A DNA stretch of 64,000 nucleotides from Microbotryum violaceum (GCA_001244265.2 CDLV01000007.1:1488001-1552000); one strand, 5' to 3'. Counted from the stretch's first letter, positions 50,400-62,985 are shown. Notes: generated by a model from the sequence alone, not told the origin. Translations and numbers: made by a program.

Positions 50400-51200
50400 G
50401 TCGCCCTGACTCTGCACTGTGGGCCTAGCGAACGCCAGAATTCCGGGACCATCTTCAACCACCTGTTCCTCAAGCTTTAGCAATGATGGTCCAACTAAAG
50501 TAGTATCTCCAGATGCCGTGAGTGTTTCCCTTCTTGCTCTGGCTCGATCGTCGGACATCGACCGGTTCTTGATCCACTGATGGGGCTCGGACTCATGCTG
50601 ATCCTGATCCTGAGCCGGCCGCTACATGATCACCTTGACCCTCCACCGCCTCGTAAGGGTCATCATCTTCATCTTCATCCCCAATCACATCACTTTCAAA
50701 CTGGCTCGTACAACCCCCTGCTCGAGAAGTATTCAGCTTGTCTTCGTTGCTGTCCGCGCAGGTCGATCGGGTGGCGGTCGCACAGAGGAGGTCGCCTCGA
50801 GCTTCCTCGATCTGATGGTGCTCGCCACTCGGCGACTTGGTGACTGACATTGCCACATGTTTGTTGATCTGCACTGGATGGCGCTGGACCTTTCTCTTAT
50901 GGAGAAAGACCACGCTCTGATCCGCTTTTCGAATGCGGATCTGAACGTGGTTGAAAAGAAGTGAGAGTGATCGACTTTGATAAGCCCTCAAGCTTGCAAG
51001 CCTGAGCTGACCCACTTCGCGCTTCCAAACTTGTATTCTAGATTTTGAATAAGGGATGACGGGCGTTGGAGCATCAGGTGGACATGTCAAGTGTAGGATG
51101 TTCTGGGCTGTTCTGCTGGTGAAGTTCACAAGACGTCGAAGTATGATAAGAGAGCTCGTGCGACGTTCCCCTCCGGCCTTCGGTCGCACAGGGCCCCGAG
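50400..51200 (-). other. Degenerate coding relic, possibly DNA-transposon derived
   Basis: Open stretch with an acidic tract (DEDEDDDP) continuing past stops into HGIWRYYF, weakly like a BED-finger start. Boundaries are approximate. Confidence 0.25.
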
Positions 51201-51562
51201 TCCACTAGGACCCGACCTCGGTCGATCATCGATCATCACCATCAATATTCGTCATCGTCGTGCACTGTCGTCATCATGTGCTGACTATTGCATACTTCTC
51301 TGATGTACATCAAGTCATACCTCGACCTTCTCTGAGTACTGGGTGGATCATCATATGGGGATTCTTTCCAGTGAGTCCTAAAGCATGCTTGACTTTTTAT
51401 TTATTTGATAGACTTCATTAACAGCATAATTATATTAATACCTAGAAATCTTCGGAAAAGTCGGAGGGAATGCTGTTACGCACACTGGCAGAAGCCAGTA
51501 GTGTAGGACTCATTGACCCTGAACCAGGATCAACCATACCCACTAAAACCCCCTTTGGTGTC

Positions 51563-54500
51563 TCACAGAGACACTAGGCGACCCTTGGACTCCTGGATAG
51601 AGGCTCGAAGCCCCTCGAACTCCGTTTCGGTGATCGGTTCCAAAAGATCCGACGAGAATCGACGACGGCGACAGAGCTTCCAGATCGAGTGAAAGAAGAG
51701 GACTCGTAGTTCGACAAGTCGACGTTCCGAGCGAGACACGACCGGGCATACAAAGTCTACAAAGACTGGGTGGGGGGTCGGGGACAGAGCAGACCAGAGG
51801 CGCCGGGCAAATGGGCAGCCGACCGCGAGGTGGGCCAGGCACTCGGGTGCTTCCGAGAGGCACATCATACAGGAGGCAGATCGATTGTTGGGGTGCGGGC
51901 TGGTTGGGGAGGCGACTCGGCTGCCCGGATGGAGGGACCCCAGGGAGAGAAGGTGGCCGGTATCCTCGGCGTCCGAGCGAACCCGGCGAACCTTGCGCAA
52001 AGCCTTCCACCAAGCGTTCCAGCGTTGCTCAGGCAGATCGAATACCTTCTGGTGTCCATTGGGGAAGATAGGGGGGAAGATGAAGACTTGGTGGCGTTTG
52101 GACGCGTTCACAAACGAAGACGGGGTCATCACCTCGCCATCGGGCCCTCGAAAAAGCGTCGGGTTTACCGAAAGTTGTATTCCGTGGCCCGCTGGGAAGA
52201 AGAGTCCGTGCGTCGCCCATTGCTCGAGGTTCTGGCTCTTGGAGAGTTCCAGGGGATTGAGCGTGGTCACCAACGCCCAGGCTTCGAAGTATCGGACCCA
52301 ACGAGCAGGAAGAAGTTTTGTCGTTTTTCTCACCGCATGGTCCCACTTTGGGGGAGGATGGCAAAAGTAAGCCCACCAGATCCAAATCCAAGGGCAACGA
52401 TGCTGGTTGGGGGCCGGTCTGGACAAGGTGAAAGGGGTTGGTTCGTTTGGTGCCCGGAGGCGGATGCGGATGTCGAAGAGGTGGCGTGTGAAGCAGCCGT
52501 CCGGGGCCCGGAGCTGGAAGACCCACTTCGCGTGATCGATTGCTAGATGCCGAGGCAGATCAATCAAACCGAAGCCGCCGTGATCGAGAGGGGTGCAGAG
52601 GCGCGACCGGGAGACCTTCGGACGTCGCTGAGTACCATCCGAAGCTCGACCGTGAATGGCGAGCATGGCGGCCTCCTCGATCTCCTTGACAACGCTCTTG
52701 GGGGCGGGAAGGAATCGGCTGTAGTACAAGATCTTTGTGTAGCAGTAGATGTTGATGATCGAACACTTGGCTGCATATGGGAGATCGTACATCGGAACTG
52801 AGCGTATCCGAGCGACGGTCGAGGCCTTGACGTCTTCCCAGCCCGCATCCTCGGCGATCTCCACCCCGACCTGAATACCAAGGTAGCGAAACTGCGAATC
52901 GCTGAGACGCCAGGTCCCGAGATCTGGGGCGATCGGTCGATCCCGAAAAGCTCCAATGGGGTAGAGGAAAGATTTGGCGTTGCTGAGCTTGCTGGCACTT
53001 GCCCGTTCGTAAAGCTCGATCGCCCGATTGAGGTGGTCGAGGTCCGAGAGGTTGTGGAGTGCGCAGCAAGCGTCGTCGGCAAAAAGGAGTTCGCGAACGT
53101 TTTGGAGGCCCGCAATATCGATGCCCTTGACTCTCAATCGAATCTGACAGGCAAAACCTTCGATCGCCAGGACGAAGAGAGACGGAGCCAAAGGATCACC
53201 TTGCCGAACGCCCGACAGGATGTCGAAAGTGGCAGAGAGCCAACCGTTGAGGAAGATCGAGGCAGATTGGTTGGTGTAGGTCGCTCGGTACCATTGGCGG
53301 GCTTTGGGGCCGAGGCCAACGGCGCAGAGGACTGCATCAAGGTACGGGTGGGAAAGACGATCGTAAGCCTTTTCAAAGTCCATCACCGCTAGCATGCCAG
53401 ACACGGGTGTTGAGCCCGGAAGTCCAGGGTCCATGAGACATTGGACCTCAGCGATGTTCGTGCCGATCCAACGGTTCGGAACAAAGCCACGTTGGGTTGG
53501 GCCGATCAGGGACTCGAGCAAGGGAGCGAGGCGCTGGTTGTGGGCTTGCGAGATGATGTGCTCGTCCGCATTGATGAGCGATATGGGGCGTTTGTTCGAA
53601 AGCTGATCCCTCTCGCCGCGTTTGTGGATGAGATGGATGTGGGCGGTGTTGCGGGGAAGAGGTCCAGGCTGACGGGCCTCGGTGGGGATCGAGTTGATGA
53701 CGTCTCGAAGAATCGGGCCAGTGGCCGGCCACGTAGCGCGATAAAACTCAACCGGGAGGCCGTCAGGCCCTGGCGAAGAGTTCGACTTACACGCCGCTTG
53801 AGCCTTTGTCATCTCCTCCAACGGGTACGCTTCCTCGAGCTTGAGTGAGTCCGCGGGGAGAGGCGAGTTGAAGCGAGGCCGTCGATGATCGCCTTCAGGG
53901 TCGCGTCATCGATGGGGCGGTCCTCATAGACCCGCTCGAAGTAGTCGCTGGCCGCTCCAAGCATCAAATCAGGGTCAGAATGAACAACATCGTTGACCGT
54001 GAGCGAAGGGATCAGGTCGGATGCTCGCACTTTGCGCAGGCGGATGAAGATGGAAGAGGCACCCGCCAGAGATGGGTCGAGGCGGGACCGCAGGGCCGCG
54101 CCGTAGCGCGAGTGGTCAGCCCTCTCTTGCTCCGACCCGCCACGACGGAACTGAGCGAACGTCCGGGCCAGAGCCTGCAGCTCGGGCAGCAGGCGGTGTT
54201 TGGTGGACGTCCAAGCTGCTGGTGGATCGTTGGGCGTCTGGAGGAGGGCTTTGTTGTAAAGGGTGCGGACAATGGAGGTGAGGTACTCGCAGGTCGCGTC
54301 GCCCTCGATCACGTGCAAACCCAGCTTGAATTTGCCCGGACCGATGTCGATTACGCCCGGCACTTGGAACCGTGCCACAACCATTGAGTGCGTCGATTTG
54401 AGGACAGGAGCCCAAATTTTGTGATCATGGAAGAGGTCGACCCAATCAGGCGAAACATAGATGCGGTCAAGGCGACGGCACGTGCCGGGCGCTGAGCGAT

Positions 54501-55137
54501 TCGTCGTGGCTCGTCCTTTGGGATGATGGAGCCGATAGGCGTCGAAAAGATTGTTGGCCGTGGCAAGGTCGCGCATCTCCTGACCCCCATAATTCGTTCC
54601 GTTTTGGTTCTCCGAATCGAGGGGCTGGGACTCAACACAATTCCAGTCCCCCCCGACTAGGAGCGCAGGCGGCAAGGGTTCGTCACGTACAACTTGTCGG
54701 AGGGCGGTGCTGAGGTGTGAGAGGTAGCGTTGTTTGTCTGGCTTGTCGGAGGAAGGCGCGTATATTGATACAAGCCGGACTTTTGAATCACCCACACAAA
54801 AGGTGGCGTCGGTGACTCGGTCCGGGAAAGAGAAAGAGGCACGAAGAGTGTTTGGAGGCGACTCGGGATCAGAAGTAATGACCACGGAGTCGCTCTTCCA
54901 AAGTATGGCAGTGTTGTTGAAAGGAGTGAAAAGAGCGGAGAGCTTTAAGTCTTTGCACTCCTGAGTCCGCTGGGCCACCCTTTCGGGGGAAGGTCGGCCA
55001 GTTTCGCTCAGGAGAAAGACGTCGGCGTTATGGGAGCGGAGATTGGAGAAAAGAGAGGCACGCTTACGGTCTTCATTGATTGACTGCACGTTGGCAGCAA
55101 CAAAAGACACGTTTGGGATTTTAGTTGTGCTCATCAT
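51563..55137 (-). pseudogene. LINE ORF2 (AP endonuclease + reverse transcriptase + C-terminal Zn finger) split by one frameshift
   Basis: APE: AANVQSIN, LSET, SIYAP, GGDWN, RLDRIY, STH. RT: SPGPDGLPVEFY, RPISLIN, DFEKAYD, GVRQGDPLAPSLF, LFADD, YLGI. Zn: CMMC..ECLAHL..GC. The frame breaks at 53855-53858. Confidence 0.92.
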
Positions 55138-56554
55138 CTTGGTCCATAGCGTCTTCCACGTCCTTAGGAGGTGCTTCTTGGTCTTCGGCTTCTTCGTCGG
55201 CCTCGTCGTCGGTGTCGGCGTCATCGGGTCGGGCTTTGGGCGCGGCTGAGGGCAACGGCGTGGGCGAAGACGGCTCGGGGCTCGGCTCGGAGGCTTCGAG
55301 GGCAGGCGCAGTGGGAGGGGCTTCACGAATGGCTGGCTTGGAGAGGGCGGCAATCGACTTGGATCGAGTTATGATCGACTTTGGCGTGGCCGGAGGAGGG
55401 CTTGGGGATGGAGAGGTGGTCTCTGAGCTGGGGGACTCGGAGGATTTTTCAACGAGGGAGTAGGCAATTCCCTGATTGGAGGCAGGCTGGGGGGCAGGAG
55501 GAGTGGCAGTTTTGCAAGGGAAACTGAAGGAGAACTCGGGGCGGGCATTCTTCGACAGAGAATCGGGCTGAGCTCTGTTGGACAGGTCTTCAGTCTGGGC
55601 AGCCAGATCCTGTTCCACTCGACGTTTTTTGGTCGTGCGGTCGTGGGCGGAGGCCGGGGAGATCGACTTGGACACGGCGGCGGGGGCGGCGGTGGTAACG
55701 GTGGAGGCTTGCGGGGCACGTGACGTGGGGGGTCCCTGGGGGCTCGACGCATGACGGGCCGGGCAGTGCTGGGTGGCGTGCGAGGTGCTCGCGCAGGACT
55801 TGCACGCCGGGGCGACGGGGCAATCCTTACGGACGTGAGCCGCGGAACGGCAGAAGACGCAGTGGCGCATGCCACCGGTGATCCTCAGTGGGATTCGCTC
55901 AGTGACACCGTCACGAGCAATAGAAAGTGAGGCAGGGGGCAGAACATCTACATCCTTAAGGGCAAGGATAAAGTCGTACACCCCAGAGATGTGTTTCGTC
56001 TTTCCAATGTATTGGATGCGACGACGGAGGACCGTGCCATAGGCAGCGATCTGCTCATCGAATAGGCAGAGGCCCTCGGAGTCGGAGAAAAAGCCCGTAA
56101 GGGTGCATTGTACAACACCTCCTCTAGTAGAGCTGTACAGCTTCTCGACTTTGCACAGAGTCTTGCCAACAGTGAGGCCGTTGGCCACCAGGGTGTCGAG
56201 ATCGGCGGCCTTGGGAAAGCGGAGGCCGCGCTGACCCTTGATGACGCATGGCATTGCGCCGGTAAGGCCAGGGTAGTATTTGTCAAGCGCGAGGAGGACT
56301 TGCTCGACCGAGGTTGAGGGTGGGGTGTTGATGATGACACAATTCTCGATGTTGTGCATCAGTGGATGGGCGGCGACGGCAGTCAAGGCGTTGGCGGTGG
56401 CGTTTCCGTGCTTCGCAGCGGAGTGGGCGCCGACCGCGGCGGAGTATGATTTGGTGGTGGTGGCGGGGGCTTGGCCGGGAGGATCGGGAGGGTCAGGGCG
56501 AAGAGGTGGTATAGCAGCATGGCTGGCGTTGTTGGTGTTGTTGTTGTTGTCCAT
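55121..56554 (-). CDS. LINE ORF1 (gag-like nucleic-acid-binding protein)
   Basis: KSYSAAV motif, two CCHC knuckles CVFCRSAAHVRKDC and CKSCASTSHATQHC, and an acidic tail. Confidence 0.88.
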   Translation of the reverse strand: MDNNNNTNNASHAAIPPLRPDPPDPPGQAPATTTKSYSAAVGAHSAAKHGNATANALTAVAAHPLMHNIENCVIINTPPSTSVEQVLLALDKYYPGLTGAMPCVIKGQRGLRFPKAADLDTLVANGLTVGKTLCKVEKLYSSTRGGVVQCTLTGFFSDSEGLCLFDEQIAAYGTVLRRRIQYIGKTKHISGVYDFILALKDVDVLPPASLSIARDGVTERIPLRITGGMRHCVFCRSAAHVRKDCPVAPACKSCASTSHATQHCPARHASSPQGPPTSRAPQASTVTTAAPAAVSKSISPASAHDRTTKKRRVEQDLAAQTEDLSNRAQPDSLSKNARPEFSFSFPCKTATPPAPQPASNQGIAYSLVEKSSESPSSETTSPSPSPPPATPKSIITRSKSIAALSKPAIREAPPTAPALEASEPSPEPSSPTPLPSAAPKARPDDADTDDEADEEAEDQEAPPKDVEDAMDQDDEHN

Positions 56555-57553
56555 CCAATAGGAGTTTCCTTTTTCAAGTCGGCCAAATCGGCGTGAAAAA
56601 ATTACTTGACCCTTTTTTGTCCATAGATCTCATCTCATTTTGTCTTATTAGACTTTTAATTAACGGGCCAGGCGCCTCCGATTGGCCGTCGAGCGGCATC
56701 CGGTTCGGTCTTCCACCTTGCTTGTTGCCGATCGCCTCCAACAGTTCGGTACCTATTCGCTCAACCCTATACGATATTTCTGCCAAGACACGACAATTAC
56801 TTTCTGTCTAGTTTGAGTCCTAGCTTTCATACTAAAGACCTACCGCATGGTCAAGCCGCCAACACCATCTGTTTGAGCTGCCCAGAAAACCCGGGACATA
56901 CAAGCCGTGAGATTTCGGCGAGGGAGCAGGCCAAGAAGAGGCGGCCCTATGACTACTGCTAGACCCTCCGGGATAGACACCGTGTAGAGCATTTATACGC
57001 GCCCCATGTAGAGCAGTATTCATCAACGCCGACTTGAGTCTGCCACCACTCGAGACTCGAGCTCAGGCACAAGCACCGCTTGGGTTTCCAGGCTATCACA
57101 CGACGCCTGGTCCGGCATGGTACGCTACTAGTAAGTAAGTGAAACAAAATTCTTCATCGAGAAAGAAGAGGTTTGCTCCCTTCTACTGTATGTACCTCAA
57201 CTGAGACTATCAGCGCAGCCTAAAAAGAGAGCGACGGCACCGCGACCGGGTCCCGACGTGATTTTAGAGTTCTTCGAGCCGAGTGGAGGCCGCAGACGTC
57301 CCTTCGATTGTGGGTCCCGGGATTCACCCACTTGTGTGCGCAAATGGGTCATCACCTGTTTACGTGACGTTTATACTCCTATACTTCAAGCTAAGCTATT
57401 GACTCAGTTTATGAGGTAGGCCGTTGCGCCGACAGCAATGAATGGACAAAGGGACGTGAGAAGAAAAACCTCGGGCGGGGCGACTTCTAAATTTCAGTTG
57501 GGAAGGAAAGGACAGTAAAGGCAAGTTTTATAAGAATCGACTAGACAAGATCT

Positions 57554-60500
57554 CTACAGCAACACCTTGTTGAGGGGCGAGACGACAAAGTGGCCCGCCT
57601 TCTTGTAGGCATCGACGACTTGCTGCGATTTGGCGGCGACATCTGTTCGGGGAGATGGCACGAGCCCGTCGGCATGAATACAGCGCGTGCAGGTCAACCG
57701 GGCCGGTCGCGCCACTCACTCTCGCCCGTGATGCCAAACTTCTCGTAAACCTTAAGATAGGGACCCGAAGCACCGAAGGTGTTGATACCGATCGACTCGT
57801 GAGCGTATTTCGACCATCCAAGAGTCTGCAGAAGGACAGCAATGAGTACACTCTTCGTTGTCAGCGCCGCGCTCAAAACGGAAGCCACAGCCGGACCGAA
57901 CGCGCGAGCGACGGCGGTAAGCGGACTCACGGTGTAAGCCTCGACCGAGACGACGGGGGCACCGTCGGGGAAGACCGAGAGCCTATAGTCCTTGGACTGT
58001 TGGTCGAAAATCTCCCAGCACGGCAAAGAGACGACGCGGACCTTGAGGCCGCTCTTCTCGAGGGCCTTTGCGGCTTCGACGATGATTGAGACCTCGGAGC
58101 CGGTGGAAACGAGGGTCAGATCGGCATCAGCCGCATCATGGAGAACGTAGCCACCCTTGTTGGCCTTCTCAAGAGACGATCCCTCGAGTTGGGGAAGGTT
58201 TTGGCGGGACAAGCTAGGGGCAGTGACAAGGAGCATAGTGGTTCGATGGGCTGGGATTAGCGTCGTTTCGGCTCAGTGTCGCTTCTCGCCCGACTCACGC
58301 AATGATGGACGGGGTGTGGGTCGAGGTCAAAGCCATGTAGTAAGCGGCGGAGGTCTCGTTACCGTCAGCAGGGCGCCAGACCTGGATGCAAAAACGGTTG
58401 ATTGTCAGCACCTGATCTTAGTCGCATTGCGTGCGGAGCAGCGGTAGACCCACATTGCAGTTAGGGAGAGCCCTGAAGTGGGCAACGGTCTCGATAGGCT
58501 GGTGAGTAGGTCCATCCTCGCCGAGGCCGATACTGTGTAGGAACGAGGTCAAAAAATTGAGCATTGAGCGGAAGAGACTAGAGAAAGGACTCGAGATCGC
58601 AGGCCTCACGAGTCGTGCGTGGCGATCCAAACGACGCGGAGGTGCGAAAGAGCCGCGAGACGGACGGCACCAGCGGCGTAGGAGACGAAGTTGAGGAAAG
58701 TACCAGCGGCGGGGATGATGAAGTTGGGGCTGTTTGTGTGTTCTCAATAAAACAAGATCAGCTGTACTTCCAGTCCAGGGCAGCGTCAATCGCCCATGCC
58801 CAAGGGATGCGCCAACGGACCCGAATGCGGCAAGACCGTTCATGATGGCACCCATGCCATGCTCCCGAACACCATATCGGAGGTAGCGTCCCGAGAAGTC
58901 GCCGAGACCGTTCTCCTTGGGCTGGAAGTCAACAGCGTTGGACCAGCGAGTCTGAACGGTGTAGGAGTTTCTATAGGGTCAGCTCGCCGTGTTATATGCC
59001 CCAAGCATCGATTAGAGCAGAGGTAATTCGCCCTACTAAGTTGGAGGGGGTAAGATCGGCAGATCCGGACATCAACTCGGGAATCGCAACCGAAAGCTTG
59101 CCGAGGAGCGTCTCAGACAGCTTGCGCGAGGCGACAGCGGCGTCGGAGGGGGTGAAGGTGGGGAGGGCCTTCTCCCAACCGTCAGGCAGTTTTCCCGCAA
59201 TGCGGCGCTTGATATCGGCAGCCTCCTCGGGATACTTGCTCGAATACCCGTCGAACATTTTCTGCCATGCGGCCTCGGTCTTGGCACCCTTCTCGCCCAC
59301 GGCGCCGTAGATTTTCTTCGTGGCCTCGGGGACTGCGAAGAACTCCTCGGGGTTGAAACCAAACTTTTGCTTGATGTTGATCGTGTCGTCCTTCTTGAGG
59401 GGGTTACCGTGGACACCGTGAGTGCCTTGGTCCTTGGAGCCATAGCCGATCGTGGTCTTCATCTGGATAAGCGTCGGCTTCGAGGTCTCCTTCTTGGCGG
59501 CCTCGATGGCCTCGAAGATGTCGGTGAAGCCATCGTCACCATTGCTCACGACGAGGACCTGCCAGTCGTACGACTCGAACCGCTTGGCGACGTTCTCAGT
59601 AAAGGCGATGGCGGTGTCACCGTCGATCGAGATGTGGTTGTCATCGTAGACGGCGATGAGATTGGCGAGCTTGAGGTGACCAGCGAGCGAAGCGGCTTCA
59701 CTCGAGATACCTTCCATCAAGCAACCGTCACCGGTGAACATGTAGCTGAGCCGCAGAAAAGATCAAGGTCTAAGTCAATCTGGCAATTCGGCGGACGCCA
59801 AGAGTGGCAGCTTCTTCCACAATTAGGCTTACGTGTAGTTATCAAAGATGGGGAAGCCATCCTTGTTGAAGGTGGCGCCGAGGTGGGCCTGGGCGATCGC
59901 GAGCCCGACAGCGTTGGCGAAACCTGAGAAAAGCACACACAAAGTCCGATTTTGTCAATACGGATTTTCTTCGGGCGTGGCGCATCGGTGCTCACCTTGG
60001 CCAAGAGGACCGGTAGTGACCTCGATACCCTCGGTGACGCCGACTTCGGGGTGACCAGGAGTGATGCTGTCGAGTTGACGGAACTGATTAGGACAAGGGA
60101 CACGAGATCAGTTACTGTTACTACTCAAGCCCCCCCCCCCCCACCTAGGACGACAGAAACGGGAAACGGTAAAGGAACCTACGCTCTTGAGGTCGTCGAT
60201 CGTGACCTTGTAGCCGAGCAAGTGGAGGAGAACGTATTGCAAGGCGCAAGCGTGACCGTTGGAGAGGACAAACCGATCACGGTTGACCCAATGAGGGTTC
60301 TTGGGGTTCAAATTCATTACTCGCGCTGGAGGTGGAAGTGAGGGCGGAAATGCGCTCGACGTTGAGCGGTACACGATGACACGCCACCTGCGCGATTCTC
60401 CTTTGGCTCACAGAAAAGGACATGGGCAGCAACGGCCATTCCCATGGGAGCACCAGGCTGTGTGAGACAAAACAGGTCGACGTCTTCAAGTGTCAGCTTC

Positions 60501-61000
60501 ACTTCTTTCGGGGTTCAGATTCTCCGGGCTTCGGGGCGGTTGCCGGGGAGATCGCACGGAGAGGCTTACGTGACCCGAGTTAGCCTGTTACCGAGTAACG
60601 AGTGTAGCGTGTCAAGAGAGAGATGATATCGAGGTTCAAATCAGCGAAAAGAAACAATACGGATGGGCGAGAGCTAGCATCCGCGGCCCAAACGTCTACA
60701 CGAGGATGCGGATCCCGCTGATAAACCGACCTTGTTGACCGTACTGTCAGATCGTAGCGCATGGTACTTGGTCAGTTACATTCAAACGTCGCAATTTGTA
60801 GGGTTTCCCCCCATCGAGGCGAGCCAAATAGGGTCCCATCTCGGGCAGACGAGCGACCGAGGCTGAGCGACCCACGGTCGCACGTCGCGGGAGGCAGGGG
60901 AGCGATAGAGGTGCACTCACTCGAGCGCAAGGGTGCGGATCGTGTTGACGGCGGTGGTGTCATCGTCGGTAAAGTTGGAGCCAAGGAGATCGGAAGACAT
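57554..61000 (-). CDS. TKL1: Transketolase, multi-exon
   Basis: [102 protein letters not shown] and FGASGP. Confidence 0.97.
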
Positions 61001-61330
61001 GGTGGATAGTCTGCGTCCGTTGAAGGCGGGACAGTGGCGAGAGTGACGAAAAGGCGACGATGGCGACGACGACCGCAACGACGACCACGACGACCAGTGA
61101 GACCGAATGACCGAGGGTCAACGAGAGTGCGGTTGGGAGTGCAGTGACGTCGAGATTCCAAGATGCATCACACGACAGCCATGCAAGAGTGGTGGAAAAT
61201 GATACGTCAGCTTGGGAAGCCATCTGGCAATGAGTAGCTGCGATGATGCTCACCTTTGTTGTGCAACGAAAAGAGTGGGTGGGGGAGGGGAGGGGAGTAA
61301 GGGCGCTTGGCTCGAGCGCACCTCTAAGCG

Positions 61331-61477
61331 GCGGGCTACGGCGGGAGGCGGCGGGAGACTGCGGGAGACGGCGGGAGTACGGCGGGCCGCTCCAGGCCGC
61401 TCCTGGCCGCTCAGGCGGTCAGGCCCGCTCAGGGCGGCTCCAGAATTCCAGAAGGCTCCAGGCTGCTCCAGGCCGCC
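61331..61477. repeat. GC-rich 10-bp-period repeat array upstream of TKL1
   Basis: GCGGG at 61331, 61341, 61351, 61361, 61371 and 61382, followed by degenerate TCCAGGCCGC units. Confidence 0.85.
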
Positions 61478-61658
61478 TCGTCTTGATCAGCCAGCAGCCG
61501 CGGGTGGGCGAAAGGGCAATGCCACTGGGCGGGCTGTAAGATATGCGCCTCTGATTTGCATAGATTACAGCCTGTCGTTCTTGACCACTAGACTAACAGC
61601 AAGTCGTAACTAGAACTCGGCAGTTCTAGCTACTCAGAGGCTAGTTATAGGGCTGTTC

Positions 61659-62903
61659 ATGGCTCGACCGTACACCATCCGTCGCATCCGCCGGGTCCTG
61701 AACGCTCGGGCTCAAGGGACCACCGCAGCCGGACGATCTCAGGAGCTTCTGGAAGGCGGTCAACTCGTAGGCACTGACGGCGAGGGAGAGGGAAGTTCGG
61801 TTCAAGCTGATTCTCCGCTTCACCCCGACGCGCAAGCTGCAACAACAACAAAACCACGACACTTCTCCCGCCTGCCTCGTCTGCGAAGCGCCAGTGGACG
61901 ACACCGACCACTTCTTTTTCGGCTGCGTTGACTCGCGGAACGTCTGGGTCGCGGCAAGGGGCGGGCTCTGCGACGCACTCGGGTGCGAACGATTGAGGAC
62001 GACCAGTACACGACACTGCATCGGCTCTTTTGGCCTCCCCAAGCTCAAGGCCAAGCTCAGCGAACAGGAAGGGGCGGGCAGGACGATCGAGATCTTCACG
62101 GAAATGGTTTTGGAAATGATCAGCAGTGGGAGATGGAGGATGCAGAAGCACGGGACGAGGATGGAAAGCGTGGAGAGGAAGAGAGTGGTACTGGAGGAGA
62201 GGATGAAGTTGAGAGCGGGAGGAGCAAGGGGCGGACGAGGGCAGTAGAGGCTGGGTTCGATTTCCCCCCCCACCATCCCACACACACACACCAAATCACA
62301 CTTCCTCTTTCAAAACTGTATACTAAATATCTTGCTTTCATCTTTCATCTATTACAGGTCTGCCTTCGTTCCTCATGGACCGGCTCGCGATTTGGGATTG
62401 ACTCGACGGTGGCTCGCGCTCTTTGGCTTCGGGGTTCTGAGTCAAGGGAGGGATCAGCAGACACAGGCAGAAAGTCGGCTTTGAGGGGCCAGGGACTGCT
62501 GAGGTGGAGGTTTTGAGGGGCCTCCACCGCGTCTTGTTGTGACCGAGCATAGACTTGGGACTTCGCGGGTCAGGGTAGCTGCGCAGTCGCTCTCTTGTCT
62601 TTGTCTCGACCGAGTTGGGACGTGACGGCGGGGTGGGTCTCTTGTCGTTAGTAAATCGTTTTATTACTCTTTATCTTTCTCTCTCTCTCTCCTTCTCTCT
62701 CTCATTCGTCTCCTGGGGGGGAGCAACCGCTTGGCTGGGGCACTTGAATCCCAAGTATTGGATTGGTGGACACCGGCCCGTTTCTCGCATCTTGCGGGCG
62801 GTTTGTGTTATCATCGTCGACTTCCATTTAGTTTTTCCGTAGGCCAATCAGGGGGAACAGGAATTGGGGGCAATATGACGAACAGTTTCTACAAAAAAAT
62901 AAA
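61659..62903 (+). mobile_element. 5'-truncated degenerate LINE (ORF2 C-terminal Zn-finger region plus putative 3' UTR and A-rich tail)
   Basis: FWKAVNS*ALTAREREVRFKLILRFTPT..CLVCEAPVDDTDHFFFGCVDSRNVW, with a stop at 61768-61770 and frameshifts. ACAAAAAAATAAA lies at 62891-62903. Both boundaries are tentative. Confidence 0.7.
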
Positions 62904-62985
62904 TCTGTAAGGCATCCCCTTACACCCTCCCCTTTTTGACCAAGTGTCAACGGAGATCCCTTTCGCGGGGATATAAGCAGGCTTG

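Larger units (their letters stand above)
51394..56604 (-). mobile_element. Near full-length non-LTR retrotransposon (L1/Tx1-type LINE)
   Basis: ORF1 with zinc knuckles, ORF2 with APE-RT-Zn, a structured 3' UTR and an A-rich tail (AAATAAATAAAAA). Candidate 6-bp TSD CTTGAC at 51388-51393 and 56605-56610; the 5' boundary is tentative. Confidence 0.9.

Noticed and set aside
51087-51104. TCAAGTGTAGGATGTTCT, similar to the U2 snRNA branch-pairing region, near a Tx1-like LINE
   Set aside because: The invariant GTAGTA is broken, the rest of U2 is absent, and it is about 300 bp from the insertion site.
57500-57560. Cryptic PTS1 on transketolase by read-through or alternative frame
   Set aside because: No PTS1-like end was seen: the alternative frame ends SRFL and the stop context is not a TGA-CTA read-through motif.
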